In this document: piece after piece, positions 17,385 to 26,894 of the stretch
Numbering within the stretch: the first letter of the stretch is position 1
Layout: every line of letters begins with the position of its first letter
Assembly: GCA_017532725.1 (NCBI GenBank)
Contig: JAFXIZ010000019.1
Span: 6,525-70,524, forward strand
DNA from: Bacteroidaceae bacterium
GTDB taxonomy: Bacteria; Bacteroidota; Bacteroidia; Bacteroidales; Barnesiellaceae_A
Direction of reading: 5' to 3'
Length of the DNA: 64,000 nt
The notes under the pieces: generated by a model
The model's input: only the letters and a program-made list of their open reading frames with translations
What the model was told of the DNA's origin: nothing
Database searches by the model: none
Program-made: the position numbers and the translations under genes

Positions 17385-18551
17385 TTAATATATATATCTT
17401 CCTGTTTCCGACTCTATGATGAGTTCGTTGTGGTCGCACTCCTCTACTCTACCTACAATTTGTGCGTCGATACCAAACTCGCGAGCCACCTCGATTACTT
17501 GTGCTGCATCCTCGGGCGATACATATATCTCCATACGATGACCCATATTGAATACTTTGTACATCTCTTTCCAATCGGTACCCGATTGCTCTTGAATGGT
17601 CTTGAACAGAGGGGGTATGGGGAATAGATTGTCCTTGATAACTCGCTTGTTTTCAACAAAGTGCATAACCTTTGTTTGCGCACCACCCGAACAGTGTACC
17701 ATACCGTGAACGCGAGGACGCATTACATCGAGCAGTTTCTTTATAACGGGGGCATAAGTGCGTGTGGGCGAAAGTACCAATTTGCCGGCGTCTATATCTA
17801 CGCCTTCTACGCTGTCGGTCAACTTTAATCCACCTGAATACACCAACTCATCGGGTACTGCGTTGTCGAAACTTTCGGGATATTTTTTGGCAAGATACTT
17901 GGCAAATACGTCGTGACGAGCCGATGTAAGTCCGTTGCTGCCCATACCTCCGTTGTATTCTTTTTCGTAAGTGGCTTGTCCGTATGATGCCATACCTACA
18001 ATCACATCACCGGCAGCGATATTGGCATTGTCTATGACATCGGCACGGCGCATACGACAAGTTACGGTGCTGTCAACAATAATTGTGCGCACAAGGTCGC
18101 CAACGTCGGCAGTTTCACCACCTGTGGCGTATGCGTTAACACCCATAGCACGCAGTTCGGCAAGTAACTCCTCGGTACCATTGATGATGGCCGAAATTAC
18201 TTCGCCCGGAACAAGCAACTTGTTGCGACCTATTGTTGACGATACAAGTATGTTGTCGGTGGCACCTACACACAACAAGTCGTCGATATTCATAATTAGC
18301 GCATCTTGTGCAATGCCTTTCCATACCGAGAGGTCGCCTGTTTCGCGCCAATACATATAGGCAAGCGACGATTTAGTACCTGCGCCGTCGGCGTGCATAA
18401 TGTTGCAGTACTCGGCATCACCACCCAATATGTCGGGGATGATCTTACAGAATGCGCGAGGAAATATACCTTTATCTATATTCTTAATGGCGTTGTGTAC
18501 ATCTTCTTTCGAAGCCGAAACACCACGCAAATTGTAGCGTTGGTCACTCAT
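17385..18551 (-). CDS. purM: phosphoribosylformylglycinamidine cyclo-ligase (AIR synthase family, Bacteroidetes long form)
   Basis: 388 aa. The AIR-synthase N- and C-domain pattern is present (MHADGAGTKSSLAY, GGETADVGD, VHCSGGAQTK). Confidence 0.8.
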   Translation of the reverse strand: MSDQRYNLRGVSASKEDVHNAIKNIDKGIFPRAFCKIIPDILGGDAEYCNIMHADGAGTKSSLAYMYWRETGDLSVWKGIAQDALIMNIDDLLCVGATDNILVSSTIGRNKLLVPGEVISAIINGTEELLAELRAMGVNAYATGGETADVGDLVRTIIVDSTVTCRMRRADVIDNANIAAGDVIVGMASYGQATYEKEYNGGMGSNGLTSARHDVFAKYLAKKYPESFDNAVPDELVYSGGLKLTDSVEGVDIDAGKLVLSPTRTYAPVIKKLLDVMRPRVHGMVHCSGGAQTKVMHFVENKRVIKDNLFPIPPLFKTIQEQSGTDWKEMYKVFNMGHRMEIYVSPEDAAQVIEVAREFGIDAQIVGRVEECDHNELIIESETGRYIY

Positions 18552-18563
18552 AATTTATTCTTA

Positions 18564-20351
18564 TTAGTCAAGTTTCAGTACAGCGAGGAATGCTTTTTGT
18601 GGCACCTCTACAGTACCTATTTGTTTCATACGTTTTTTACCTTTCTTTTGTTTCTCAAGCAGTTTGCGCTTACGGCTGATATCACCACCGTAACACTTGG
18701 CAGTTACATCCTTGCGTACGGCCTTGATTGTTTCGCGAGCGATGATTTTTGCTCCGATGGCTGCCTGTATGGCAATATCGAATTGCTGGCGTGGTATCAA
18801 CTCCTTGAGTTTCTCGCACATACGACGACCAAATGATACGGCATTATCGACGTGTGTGAGGGTTGATAGTGCATCGACACTCTCGCCGTTGAGCAGGATG
18901 TCGAGTTTTATCAGTTTGCTCTCGCGATAGTCGTGTATGTGATAGTCGAACGAAGCATAGCCTTTTGATATCGATTTCAACTTATCGTAGAAGTCGATAA
19001 CTATCTCTCCCAAAGGCATATCATATATAAGTTCTACACGATTTCCCGAGATATATTCTTGCTTGATAAGTTCGCCACGCTTGCCGAGGCACAGTGTCAT
19101 AATAGGACCTATATAGTCGGTGGCTGTAATGACCGATGCCCTGATGTATGGCTCCTCGATATGGTCGATAAGGGTTATATCGGGTAAGCCCGAGGGGTTG
19201 TGTACCTCGCTCTTGTTGCCTTTTTTGTCATATACCATATACGACACGTTGGGCACTGTGGTGATAACGTCCATATCGAACTCGCGGTCGAGACGTTCTT
19301 GCACGATCTCCATATGGAGCAGTCCGAGGAATCCACAACGGAAACCGAATCCTAATGCTACAGACGACTCGGGTTGGAATGTGAGCGAGGCATCGTTGAG
19401 TTGTAGTTTCTCTAACGAGGAGCGCAGGTTTTCATAGTCCTCTGTTTCAATGGGATATACACCAGCAAATACCATTGGCTTTACCTCCTCGAAACCGTCT
19501 ATTGCAGCATCGCAAGGGCGTTGAACGTGGGTAATTGTATCGCCCACTTTTACTTCGCGCGAGGTCTTGATGCCCGATATGATGTAGCCTACGTCACCGG
19601 CACTGAGTTGGTCGCGTGGCGACATATCGAGTTTCAGTACACCTATTTCGTCGGCATCATATTCCTTGCCCGTTGCAACAAATTTTACCAAGTCGCCTTT
19701 GCGAATTGTTCCGTTGCATATCTTGAAGTAAGCAATGATGCCTCGGAATGGGTTGAATACCGAGTCGAAAATAAGACATTGCAGTGGAGCATCCACATCG
19801 CCTACGGGAGCAGGAATACGCTCGATAATAGCAGCGAGTATATCTTCTATACCGATGCCTGTTTTGCCACTTGCGCGAATAATGTCATCGCGGTCGCAGC
19901 CCAATAGTTCAATAATCTGGTCTTCTACTTCTTCGGGCATAGCACTCTCAAGGTCTACCTTGTTAACGACGGGGATAATCTCCAAGTCGTTCTCTATAGC
20001 CATATAGAGGTTTGAAATTGTTTGTGCCTGAATGCCTTGTGTAGCATCGACAATAAGTAGTGCGCCTTCACAAGCGGCTATCGAACGTGATACTTCGTAT
20101 GAAAAGTCAACGTGTCCCGGGGTGTCGATGAGGTTAAGTACAAATTTTTCGCCTTTGTACACATACTCCATTTGTATAGCGTGACTCTTGATTGTGATGC
20201 CTCGCTCGCGCTCAAGATCCATATCGTCGAGGACTTGATTTTGCAGGTCCTTGCCGGCTACGGTGTTGGTAAATTCGAGCAAACGGTCGGCAAGAGTGCT
20301 TTTACCGTGGTCGATGTGTGCAATGATGCAAAAATTGCGTATATGCTTCAT
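18564..20351 (-). CDS. lepA: translation elongation factor 4
   Basis: [33 protein letters not shown] and the LepA-specific C-terminal domain. 595 aa. Confidence 0.97.
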   Translation of the reverse strand: MKHIRNFCIIAHIDHGKSTLADRLLEFTNTVAGKDLQNQVLDDMDLERERGITIKSHAIQMEYVYKGEKFVLNLIDTPGHVDFSYEVSRSIAACEGALLIVDATQGIQAQTISNLYMAIENDLEIIPVVNKVDLESAMPEEVEDQIIELLGCDRDDIIRASGKTGIGIEDILAAIIERIPAPVGDVDAPLQCLIFDSVFNPFRGIIAYFKICNGTIRKGDLVKFVATGKEYDADEIGVLKLDMSPRDQLSAGDVGYIISGIKTSREVKVGDTITHVQRPCDAAIDGFEEVKPMVFAGVYPIETEDYENLRSSLEKLQLNDASLTFQPESSVALGFGFRCGFLGLLHMEIVQERLDREFDMDVITTVPNVSYMVYDKKGNKSEVHNPSGLPDITLIDHIEEPYIRASVITATDYIGPIMTLCLGKRGELIKQEYISGNRVELIYDMPLGEIVIDFYDKLKSISKGYASFDYHIHDYRESKLIKLDILLNGESVDALSTLTHVDNAVSFGRRMCEKLKELIPRQQFDIAIQAAIGAKIIARETIKAVRKDVTAKCYGGDISRKRKLLEKQKKGKKRMKQIGTVEVPQKAFLAVLKLD

Positions 20352-20373
20352 ATATTATATTGGTAGTAAATCT

Positions 20374-22554
20374 TTAATTACCCATTTCCGAGAGGAACTT
20401 GATACGGATAAGGCGTATCTCTTCCTCGGTATAATCCATTCCAAATTCGTTGATAGCCTCCTCAAGACTGTCGCTTTCGCTCTCTTTGAAATATTCAAAT
20501 ATCTCCTCAATATGGTCGTCTTCCATAATTTCGCGTAGGAAATAGTCGATATTGATTTTGGTGCCTGAATATACAATGGCCTCCACTTCATCGAGTAGTT
20601 CGTCGAAGTCTAAATCTTTTGATTCGGCCAACTCGTCGAGGGCTATCTTACGGTCGATGGCTTGAATGATAGAAACCTTCAGTTTCGACTTGTTGGCAAT
20701 TGTGCGCACGCGCAAGTCTTCGGGGCGTTCTATCTCATTCTCATCGACGTGTAGTTTTATAACTTTTATAAACTCTTCGCCGTAGCGTTTGGCCTTGCCG
20801 GCTCCCACTCCGGGAATGTTTTGCAACTCTTCGAGTGTTATGGGATATGTGGTTGCCATAGCCTCGAGCGATGGGTCTTGGAAGATAATGTAAGGTGGCA
20901 GTTCAAGGCGTTTTGCCATTTTCTTGCGCAAGTCTTTCAGTATCGAGAACAATTCGGGATCGACAGCGCACGATGCTCCACCTTTGATGGGTATCTCTTC
21001 CTCCATCTCTTCGAAGTCGGTATCTTTCACAATCTTGAATGGTTGAGGCTTGTTCAAGAACGACTTACCCTCTTCGGTTACTTTCAGTAGTCCGTAATTT
21101 TCAATCTCTTTGACAAGATAACCGGCTATGAGTGCTTGTCGTATTACGGCATTCCACGTCTTGTCATCTTCGGTTTGTCCACAGCCAAATACCTCCAATT
21201 CGTCGTGGCGATAAGCCGATATTTGGTTGGTTTTCTTACCCATAATTACATCGATGACATATTCGGTTTTAAATTCTTCTTTGAGTGCAATTACCGTTTC
21301 AATAACGGCACATAAAAGGTCTTTTGCTTCCACTTGTTTTTTAGGATTTAAACAGTTATCGCAATTGCCGCAATTATCTCCTTTGTACTCTTCTCCGAAG
21401 TAGTGCAGGAGTAGTTTGCGACGACACAATGATGATTCGGCGTATGCTGCCGTTTCCATAAGTAATTGTTTGCCTATCTCTTGCTCGGCAATAGGCTTGC
21501 CTTGCATAAATTTTTCGAGTTTTTGCAGGTCTTTATTGATGTAGAAGGTTAAGCATTGACCTTCGCCACCATCTCTACCGGCACGACCTGTTTCTTGGTA
21601 GTAGCCTTCGAGGCTCTTGGGTATGTCGTAGTGTATAACATAGCGTACATCGGGCTTGTCGATACCCATACCGAATGCTATGGTTGCTACAATAACATCT
21701 ACTTTTTCAAGCAAGAATGCATCTTGATTCTCGGAACGTGTGGCAGAGTCCATACCGGCGTGATATGGCAGTGCTTTGATGCCGTTTACGCATAGCAATT
21801 CGGCAAGTTCCTCTACTTTCTTACGACTGAGGCAGTATATAATGCCCGACTTTCCTTCTTGTTGTTTGATGTATTTGATTATGTCTTTATCGACATTGGA
21901 TGTCTTGGGACGTACTTCATAGTAGAGGTTGGGGCGATTGAACGACGACTTGAAAACAGCCGCGTCAATCATACCGAGGTTCTTCTGTATATCGTGCTGC
22001 ACCTTGGGCGTAGCAGTCGCTGTAAGGGCTATAACAGGCTTGTAGCCAATCTCGTTGATGATAGGCCTTATGCGACGATATTCGGGACGGAAGTCGTGAC
22101 CCCATTCCGATATACAGTGTGCCTCATCTACTGCATAGAATGATATGTTTACTTGCTTGAGAAATTCGATGTTCTCCTCTTTTGTGAGTGATTCGGGTGC
22201 TACATATAGCAACTTGGTCTTGCCACAAAGTATGTCACTCTTTACTTGGTCAATGGCTGCTTTGTTCAGTGAAGAGTTGATGAAGTGAGCAACTCCGTCT
22301 TCTTCGCTGAAGTTGCGCATAGCATCTACTTGATTTTTCATCAAGGCTATCAGTGGCGATATGACAATTGCTGTACCATCGAGCATTAGCGATGGTAATT
22401 GGTAGCATAACGATTTTCCTCCACCGGTGGGCATTAGGACAAATGTGTCTTTCCCATCCAGCAGATTACGGATGATTGCTTCTTGATTGCCTTTGAATGT
22501 GTCGAATCCGAAATTTAGTTTCAAGGCTTCGACTAAATTGTTTTTTGCAGCCAT
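20374..22554 (-). CDS. recQ: ATP-dependent DNA helicase RecQ
   Basis: MPTGGGKSLCYQLP, the DEAH box (AVDEAHCISEWGHDFRPEY), the Zn-binding CRRKLLLHYFGE...CGNCDNC, and a C-terminal HRDC-like region. Confidence 0.95.
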   Translation of the reverse strand: MAAKNNLVEALKLNFGFDTFKGNQEAIIRNLLDGKDTFVLMPTGGGKSLCYQLPSLMLDGTAIVISPLIALMKNQVDAMRNFSEEDGVAHFINSSLNKAAIDQVKSDILCGKTKLLYVAPESLTKEENIEFLKQVNISFYAVDEAHCISEWGHDFRPEYRRIRPIINEIGYKPVIALTATATPKVQHDIQKNLGMIDAAVFKSSFNRPNLYYEVRPKTSNVDKDIIKYIKQQEGKSGIIYCLSRKKVEELAELLCVNGIKALPYHAGMDSATRSENQDAFLLEKVDVIVATIAFGMGIDKPDVRYVIHYDIPKSLEGYYQETGRAGRDGGEGQCLTFYINKDLQKLEKFMQGKPIAEQEIGKQLLMETAAYAESSLCRRKLLLHYFGEEYKGDNCGNCDNCLNPKKQVEAKDLLCAVIETVIALKEEFKTEYVIDVIMGKKTNQISAYRHDELEVFGCGQTEDDKTWNAVIRQALIAGYLVKEIENYGLLKVTEEGKSFLNKPQPFKIVKDTDFEEMEEEIPIKGGASCAVDPELFSILKDLRKKMAKRLELPPYIIFQDPSLEAMATTYPITLEELQNIPGVGAGKAKRYGEEFIKVIKLHVDENEIERPEDLRVRTIANKSKLKVSIIQAIDRKIALDELAESKDLDFDELLDEVEAIVYSGTKINIDYFLREIMEDDHIEEIFEYFKESESDSLEEAINEFGMDYTEEEIRLIRIKFLSEMGN

Positions 22555-22603
22555 AATTTAGTATTTGTGATGATACCTTATAGGGCGTTTTTAATACCCA
22601 AAA

Positions 22604-22611
22604 CAAATTTA
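22604..22611 (-). promoter_or_regulatory. candidate -7 box (TAAATTTG) upstream of recQ
   Basis: The minus strand reads TAAATTTG, 50 nt upstream of the recQ ATG. There is no clean -33 TTTG (GTTG lies 21 nt upstream). Confidence 0.3.
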
Positions 22612-22653
22612 TAAATAACCTGCGAACTCTACCAACTTTTTTGGCAAAAATTT

Positions 22654-23908
22654 TTACGATATATGCAAACTATTTGCTCTTTCGTACTTTTCGGCGGCAT
22701 ATTGGCGTGTTATATGCAACTTGCGGCTCTTTGATGCCGGTATTTCATACATAGCATCTATCATAATTGTTTCGACAATCGAGCGCAAGCCTCTTGCTCC
22801 GAGTTTGTATTGTATGGCTTTCTCTACAACATAATCGAGTACATCGTCGTCGAAGGTCAATTTTACACCGTCTATTTCAAATAGTTTGATATATTGTTTG
22901 ATGATAGAGTTGCGAGGCTCGGTGAGGATACGACGCAAAGCAGGTGCATCAAGTGGTTCAAGATATGTGAGTACAGGCAGACGACCTATAATCTCGGGTA
23001 TCAAACCGAATGCTCGCAGGTCTTGGGGTGCTACATATTGACATATTGTCGCGATCGACTTGCTGTATTGCTGCGTTGTTGTATCCTACAACGTGTGTAT
23101 TGAGGCGCATAGCAATCTTGCGCTCAATGCCCTCGAATGCGCCACCACATATAAACAGGATGTTCTTGGTGTCGATCGATATCATCTTTTGCTCGGGATG
23201 CTTACGACCTCCTTGTGGTGGTACGTTCACTACCGAGCCTTCCAAGAGTTTGAGCAATCCTTGTTGCACACCTTCGCCACTCACGTCGCGTGTGATGGAG
23301 GGATTGTCGCCTTTACGGGCTATCTTGTCTATTTCGTCTATAAAGACAATTCCTCGCTCGGCGGCTGCAACATCATAGTCGGTGGCTTGCAACAATCGTA
23401 CGAGCAGGCTCTCTACGTCCTCGCCTACATAACCGGCTTCGGTAAGTACGGTGGCATCTACGATGGCAAAGGGTACTTTGAGCATCTTGGCAATTGTACG
23501 AGCCAAGAGGGTCTTTCCTGTACCGGTGCGACCTACCATTATGATGTTCGATTTTTCTATCTCTACATCATCCTTGCCCTGTATATCCTTGGGCTGTAGC
23601 AGACGCTTGTAGTGGTTGTAAACGGCTACCGAAAGGTAACGCTTGGCATCATCTTGACCTATTACATATTGGTCGAGAAATGCTTTCAACTCAGTGGGAC
23701 GTGGCAGTGAATCGAAGTCAAGGTCCCACTTGCCTGCAGGACCTTTCTTATCGTGAGTATTTACCAACCCTGCATCCTTGCACAGATTGTATGCTTGTTG
23801 CACACATTCCGAGCATACCGAGCCGTGACGACCTGTGAGGAGCGGGCGTGTGGCTGTTTCACCTCGGCCACAAAGACAACATTTTTCGGTATCTTCTTTT
23901 TTAGCCAT
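22654..23908 (-). pseudogene. clpX: ClpX unfoldase, frameshifted near 23038-23041
   Basis: The 316-aa N-terminal ORF carries the zinc finger CCLCG...CSEC, Walker A GRTGTGKT and Walker B FIDEIDK. It leaves the ClpX frame after ...QQVDRDNMS. The adjacent frame continues [30 protein letters not shown]... to the normal C-terminus at 22654. Confidence 0.9.
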
Positions 23909-23911
23909 ACC

Positions 23912-24586
23912 TTACTTTTTCTCTTTGATAAGCACTTTGTCTATCATACCATATTCGAAGGCCTCTTGCGCAGTCATCCAATAGTCACGGTCGGAGTCGC
24001 GCCACACTTTGTCGTAGTCGTTACCCGAGTGGTCGGCTATAATGGTATATAGTTCTTTCTTTAGTTTCTGTATTTCGCGAGCAGTAATCTCAATGTCCGA
24101 TGCTTGACCTTGTGCGCCACCCATAGGTTGGTGTATCATTACGCGCGAGTGCTTCAAGGCAAAGCGTTTGCCTTTCTCGCCTGCTACCAACAATACGGCT
24201 GCCATCGATGCTGCCATACCGGTGCATATTGTCGATATGTTGCAACCGATATATTGCATAGTGTCGTATATGCCCAATCCTGCATATACCGATCCACCGG
24301 GGCTGTTGATATAAATTGATATATCTTTACCCGGGTCGGCACTGTCTAAATAGAGTAACTGTGCTTGTATTACATTGGCTGTATAGTCATCGATGGGTGT
24401 TCCGAGGAATATAATACGATCCATCATCAATCGAGAGAATACGTCCATTTGTGTAACGTTGAGTTGACGTTCCTCCATAATAGAGGGCGAAAGATAACTA
24501 TTGCTGATGTGTTGTGAATATTGGTCGAATGCAAGACCATTCATACCCAAATGCTGTACAGCAAATTTTCTAAAGTCGTTATTCAT
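23912..24586 (-). CDS. clpP: ATP-dependent Clp protease proteolytic subunit
   Basis: INSPGGSVYAGLGIYD, GMAASMAAVLL (catalytic Ser) and MIHQP. The track start at 24676 is a TTG. ATG at 24586 (MNNDFRKF...) gives a normal-length ClpP. Confidence 0.93.
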   Translation of the reverse strand: MNNDFRKFAVQHLGMNGLAFDQYSQHISNSYLSPSIMEERQLNVTQMDVFSRLMMDRIIFLGTPIDDYTANVIQAQLLYLDSADPGKDISIYINSPGGSVYAGLGIYDTMQYIGCNISTICTGMAASMAAVLLVAGEKGKRFALKHSRVMIHQPMGGAQGQASDIEITAREIQKLKKELYTIIADHSGNDYDKVWRDSDRDYWMTAQEAFEYGMIDKVLIKEKK

Positions 24587-24720
24587 ATCGATGTTTCGTT
24601 TTGATTGTTTATTTGCGTTTAAGGGCAAATATAGCAAAAAAAAATGATTGTATAATAGGTTGTCGATGCCTTGCAACCTTTTTTACCGCTATTTTTGTAT
24701 TGTTAGTATCAATTATTGAA

Positions 24721-24728
24721 CAAAGATA
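24721..24728 (-). promoter_or_regulatory. candidate -7 box (TATCTTTG) for clpP-clpX
   Basis: The minus strand reads TATCTTTG immediately after the tig terminator hairpin. No clear -33 element. Confidence 0.3.
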
Positions 24729-24730
24729 TA

Positions 24731-24767
24731 AAAATAGCCCGATATGAAAGGCATATCGGGCTATTTT
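24731..24767 (-). terminator. terminator hairpin after tig
   Basis: Perfect 16-bp stem aaaatagcccgatatg / catatcgggctatttt with a 5-nt loop. A/T runs lie on both sides. Confidence 0.75.
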
Positions 24768-24784
24768 ATTTAATGTATTATAGA

Positions 24785-26131
24785 TTATTCTTGAAAAAGT
24801 TTGCCGAAATCTTCGGTGCTGATCTCTTTTTCTTCGAGAGTAACGGCGTTTTTGATAGCAGTTTGAATCTTGGCTTCAGTAGCACGATCTATCAATTGCG
24901 AGCGTGACTCCTTGCTCTTGAGCATCTCTTGTAAGTAGTTTTCCAAGAGTTCGTCGGGTACGTTGGTCATACCGTATTGAGCAAATTGTTGACGTGTTAC
25001 GCTCATAGCAAGTGCTTTGAGGTCTTCATCAGCAACTTTCACTTCAAATGCTTTGGCGATATGCTCTTTGATGAGATGCCATTTGAGGTCGGCTTCCATC
25101 TTGCCATACTCTTCGGCGATGTTCTCATCGGTATATTTTTCATTGGTGGCTACCAACCAGCGTTTGAGGAACTCGGAGGGCAACTCTATCTCGCCTACGG
25201 CTGTTTCGATGGCTTTGCGTGCATCGATGCCAAAGCGATAGTCGCTCTCGGGAGCCAATTGTGCTGCAATCATTTCGCGTACTTTGGCTGTATATTCTTC
25301 TTCACTCTTAACGTTGTCTTTGCCAAAGATGCCATCGAAAAATTCTTGGTCGTGCTCGGCAGGTTGGAGGTGCGTGATTTCGGTTACAGTCATTTCAAAG
25401 TCGCTCTTAACATTGGCTGCTGCCTCACGGTCGATGTTGAGCATTGAAGCCAACTCGCCTACTGAATCTTGGCAGGCTGCTGCGGGATTGAATACAACTT
25501 TGTCACCAACTTTTACACCGTTGAATTTCTCTTTCTCCTCTTTGATATATGCAGGTGAAAGGATTGTGCTTTCTACTACAATACCACCCTCTTTGGCAGC
25601 ACCGTTCTCAAGTTCTACCATTGAGCCTTTCACGAGGTCGCGCTCTTCGGTAACAGCCTCTACGGTAAGTTGCTTGCCTTGACGTTGACGGAACATCTCA
25701 TCTTGTTTTGCTACCATATCGTCGCTTACTGCGATGTTGTAGTAAGGTACTTTGATGTTTTTGTCAACTGTTACGTTGATTTCGGGAGCCAATGCGATGT
25801 CAAACTTGAATGTGAAGTTCTCCTCGGCGTCGAGGTCGATAGTTTGATCTTCGGCAGTCATAGGCTCGCCAAGGATGTTCAATTTGTTGTCACTGATATA
25901 GTTGTAGAGTGATTCCGATACAAGACGGTTAATTTCTTCGGCCTTAACCGATTTGCCAAACATCTTAACCAACATTCCGTAGGGTACGTGACCACGACGG
26001 AAACCGGGAATATTGGCACGCTCACCGTATGAACGGAGTGATTTTTTTACTCTTTCTGCATAGTCGGCTTTCTCAATCTCAATAGAGATTACTGCATTCA
26101 ATTTGTCAATGCTGTTGTGCGAAACGTTCAT
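24785..26131 (-). CDS. tig: trigger factor
   Basis: 448 aa. The ribosome-binding N-domain carries the IPGFRRGHVP signature. Position is upstream of clpP-clpX. Confidence 0.95.
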   Translation of the reverse strand: MNVSHNSIDKLNAVISIEIEKADYAERVKKSLRSYGERANIPGFRRGHVPYGMLVKMFGKSVKAEEINRLVSESLYNYISDNKLNILGEPMTAEDQTIDLDAEENFTFKFDIALAPEINVTVDKNIKVPYYNIAVSDDMVAKQDEMFRQRQGKQLTVEAVTEERDLVKGSMVELENGAAKEGGIVVESTILSPAYIKEEKEKFNGVKVGDKVVFNPAAACQDSVGELASMLNIDREAAANVKSDFEMTVTEITHLQPAEHDQEFFDGIFGKDNVKSEEEYTAKVREMIAAQLAPESDYRFGIDARKAIETAVGEIELPSEFLKRWLVATNEKYTDENIAEEYGKMEADLKWHLIKEHIAKAFEVKVADEDLKALAMSVTRQQFAQYGMTNVPDELLENYLQEMLKSKESRSQLIDRATEAKIQTAIKNAVTLEEKEISTEDFGKLFQE

Positions 26132-26311
26132 TTATAGTCGATATTATAAGTTAATATTTTTGTTTTCATAACACAATCAACCCCTCGTTGCAGAGGGGTA
26201 ATTGGTAAGAGAGTGCAAAATTAGTGCTTATCTTTCGATATTCAAACAATTATAACAATTTTTTTAACTCTCCTACCCTATATTATTTTGTGTATGAGAG
26301 AATATGAGGTG

Positions 26312-26782
26312 TTATTTATACTTGATGTCACTCATCAGTTTTTCGTAGAACTCATCAAGTTCCTTGTCCATTTTCTCCCAAAACTCGTCACCGAGCAGGA
26401 TATTTTCCTTGTCAATGGTTAGAATTTCGCTTATTACGTTCATCTCGTCATCGACCAATAACAGTGAGAACGGGCCGTTATACTCCATCTCGGCAAAGAG
26501 ATCGGACAACTCGGGCGTGTTGACGGTATCGGTCAGTAAGCCTATGAAAGAGGCTTGAACGTTGTCGTCTGAAAGTTCCGATTTCCATTCGTCCCACGCA
26601 CTCAATTGCGTCTCGGTCAATACATTATCGGCATCATCATAAATGACAAGGAGGGCATCTTCACTGTCTGCCAATTTTACATACATATCGCTCAGTAACA
26701 AGCCGTGCGAGCGCACTTTCATAAGTGTTGTTACAAATGCATCGTGTAGTTGGCGACTCAATATTTTTTGTGATGTTTCCAT
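26312..26782 (-). CDS. hypothetical acidic cytoplasmic protein
   Basis: Coding-like ORF with no recognised family. The track start at 26803 is TTG. ATG at 26782 (METSQK...) lies 41-48 nt downstream of a minus-strand TATATTTG box (26830-26837). Confidence 0.6.
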   Translation of the reverse strand: METSQKILSRQLHDAFVTTLMKVRSHGLLLSDMYVKLADSEDALLVIYDDADNVLTETQLSAWDEWKSELSDDNVQASFIGLLTDTVNTPELSDLFAEMEYNGPFSLLLVDDEMNVISEILTIDKENILLGDEFWEKMDKELDEFYEKLMSDIKYK

Positions 26783-26870
26783 ACTTATATATTTTGCTTT
26801 CAAAGGTAATCATTTTTTGCCAAATGTTACAAATATATCTCTTTCATTTTTCAGATAAATATTTTTACGC

Positions 26871-26878
26871 TATCTTCG
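26871..26878 (+). promoter_or_regulatory. candidate variant -7 box (TATCTTCG) upstream of the DAHP synthase/CM gene
   Basis: TATCTTCGCAC lies 24-33 nt upstream of the GTG/ATG starts. The same 11-mer recurs upstream of the patatin gene. Confidence 0.3.
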
Positions 26879-26894
26879 CACCGTATTAGGCTGC

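Noticed and set aside
23031-23050. A tandem 8-nt duplication (CAATATGT CAATATGT on the coding strand) as the cause of the clpX frameshift.
   Set aside because: Removing one 8-nt copy does not restore the frame, because the offset stays non-zero and it creates ATG TAG. A 2-nt loss or a 1-nt gain fits better.
24587-24676. A 30-codon N-terminal extension of ClpP (254-aa track ORF).
   Set aside because: The extension starts at a TTG and encodes non-ClpP-like sequence. ATG at 24586 yields the normal ClpP N-terminus.
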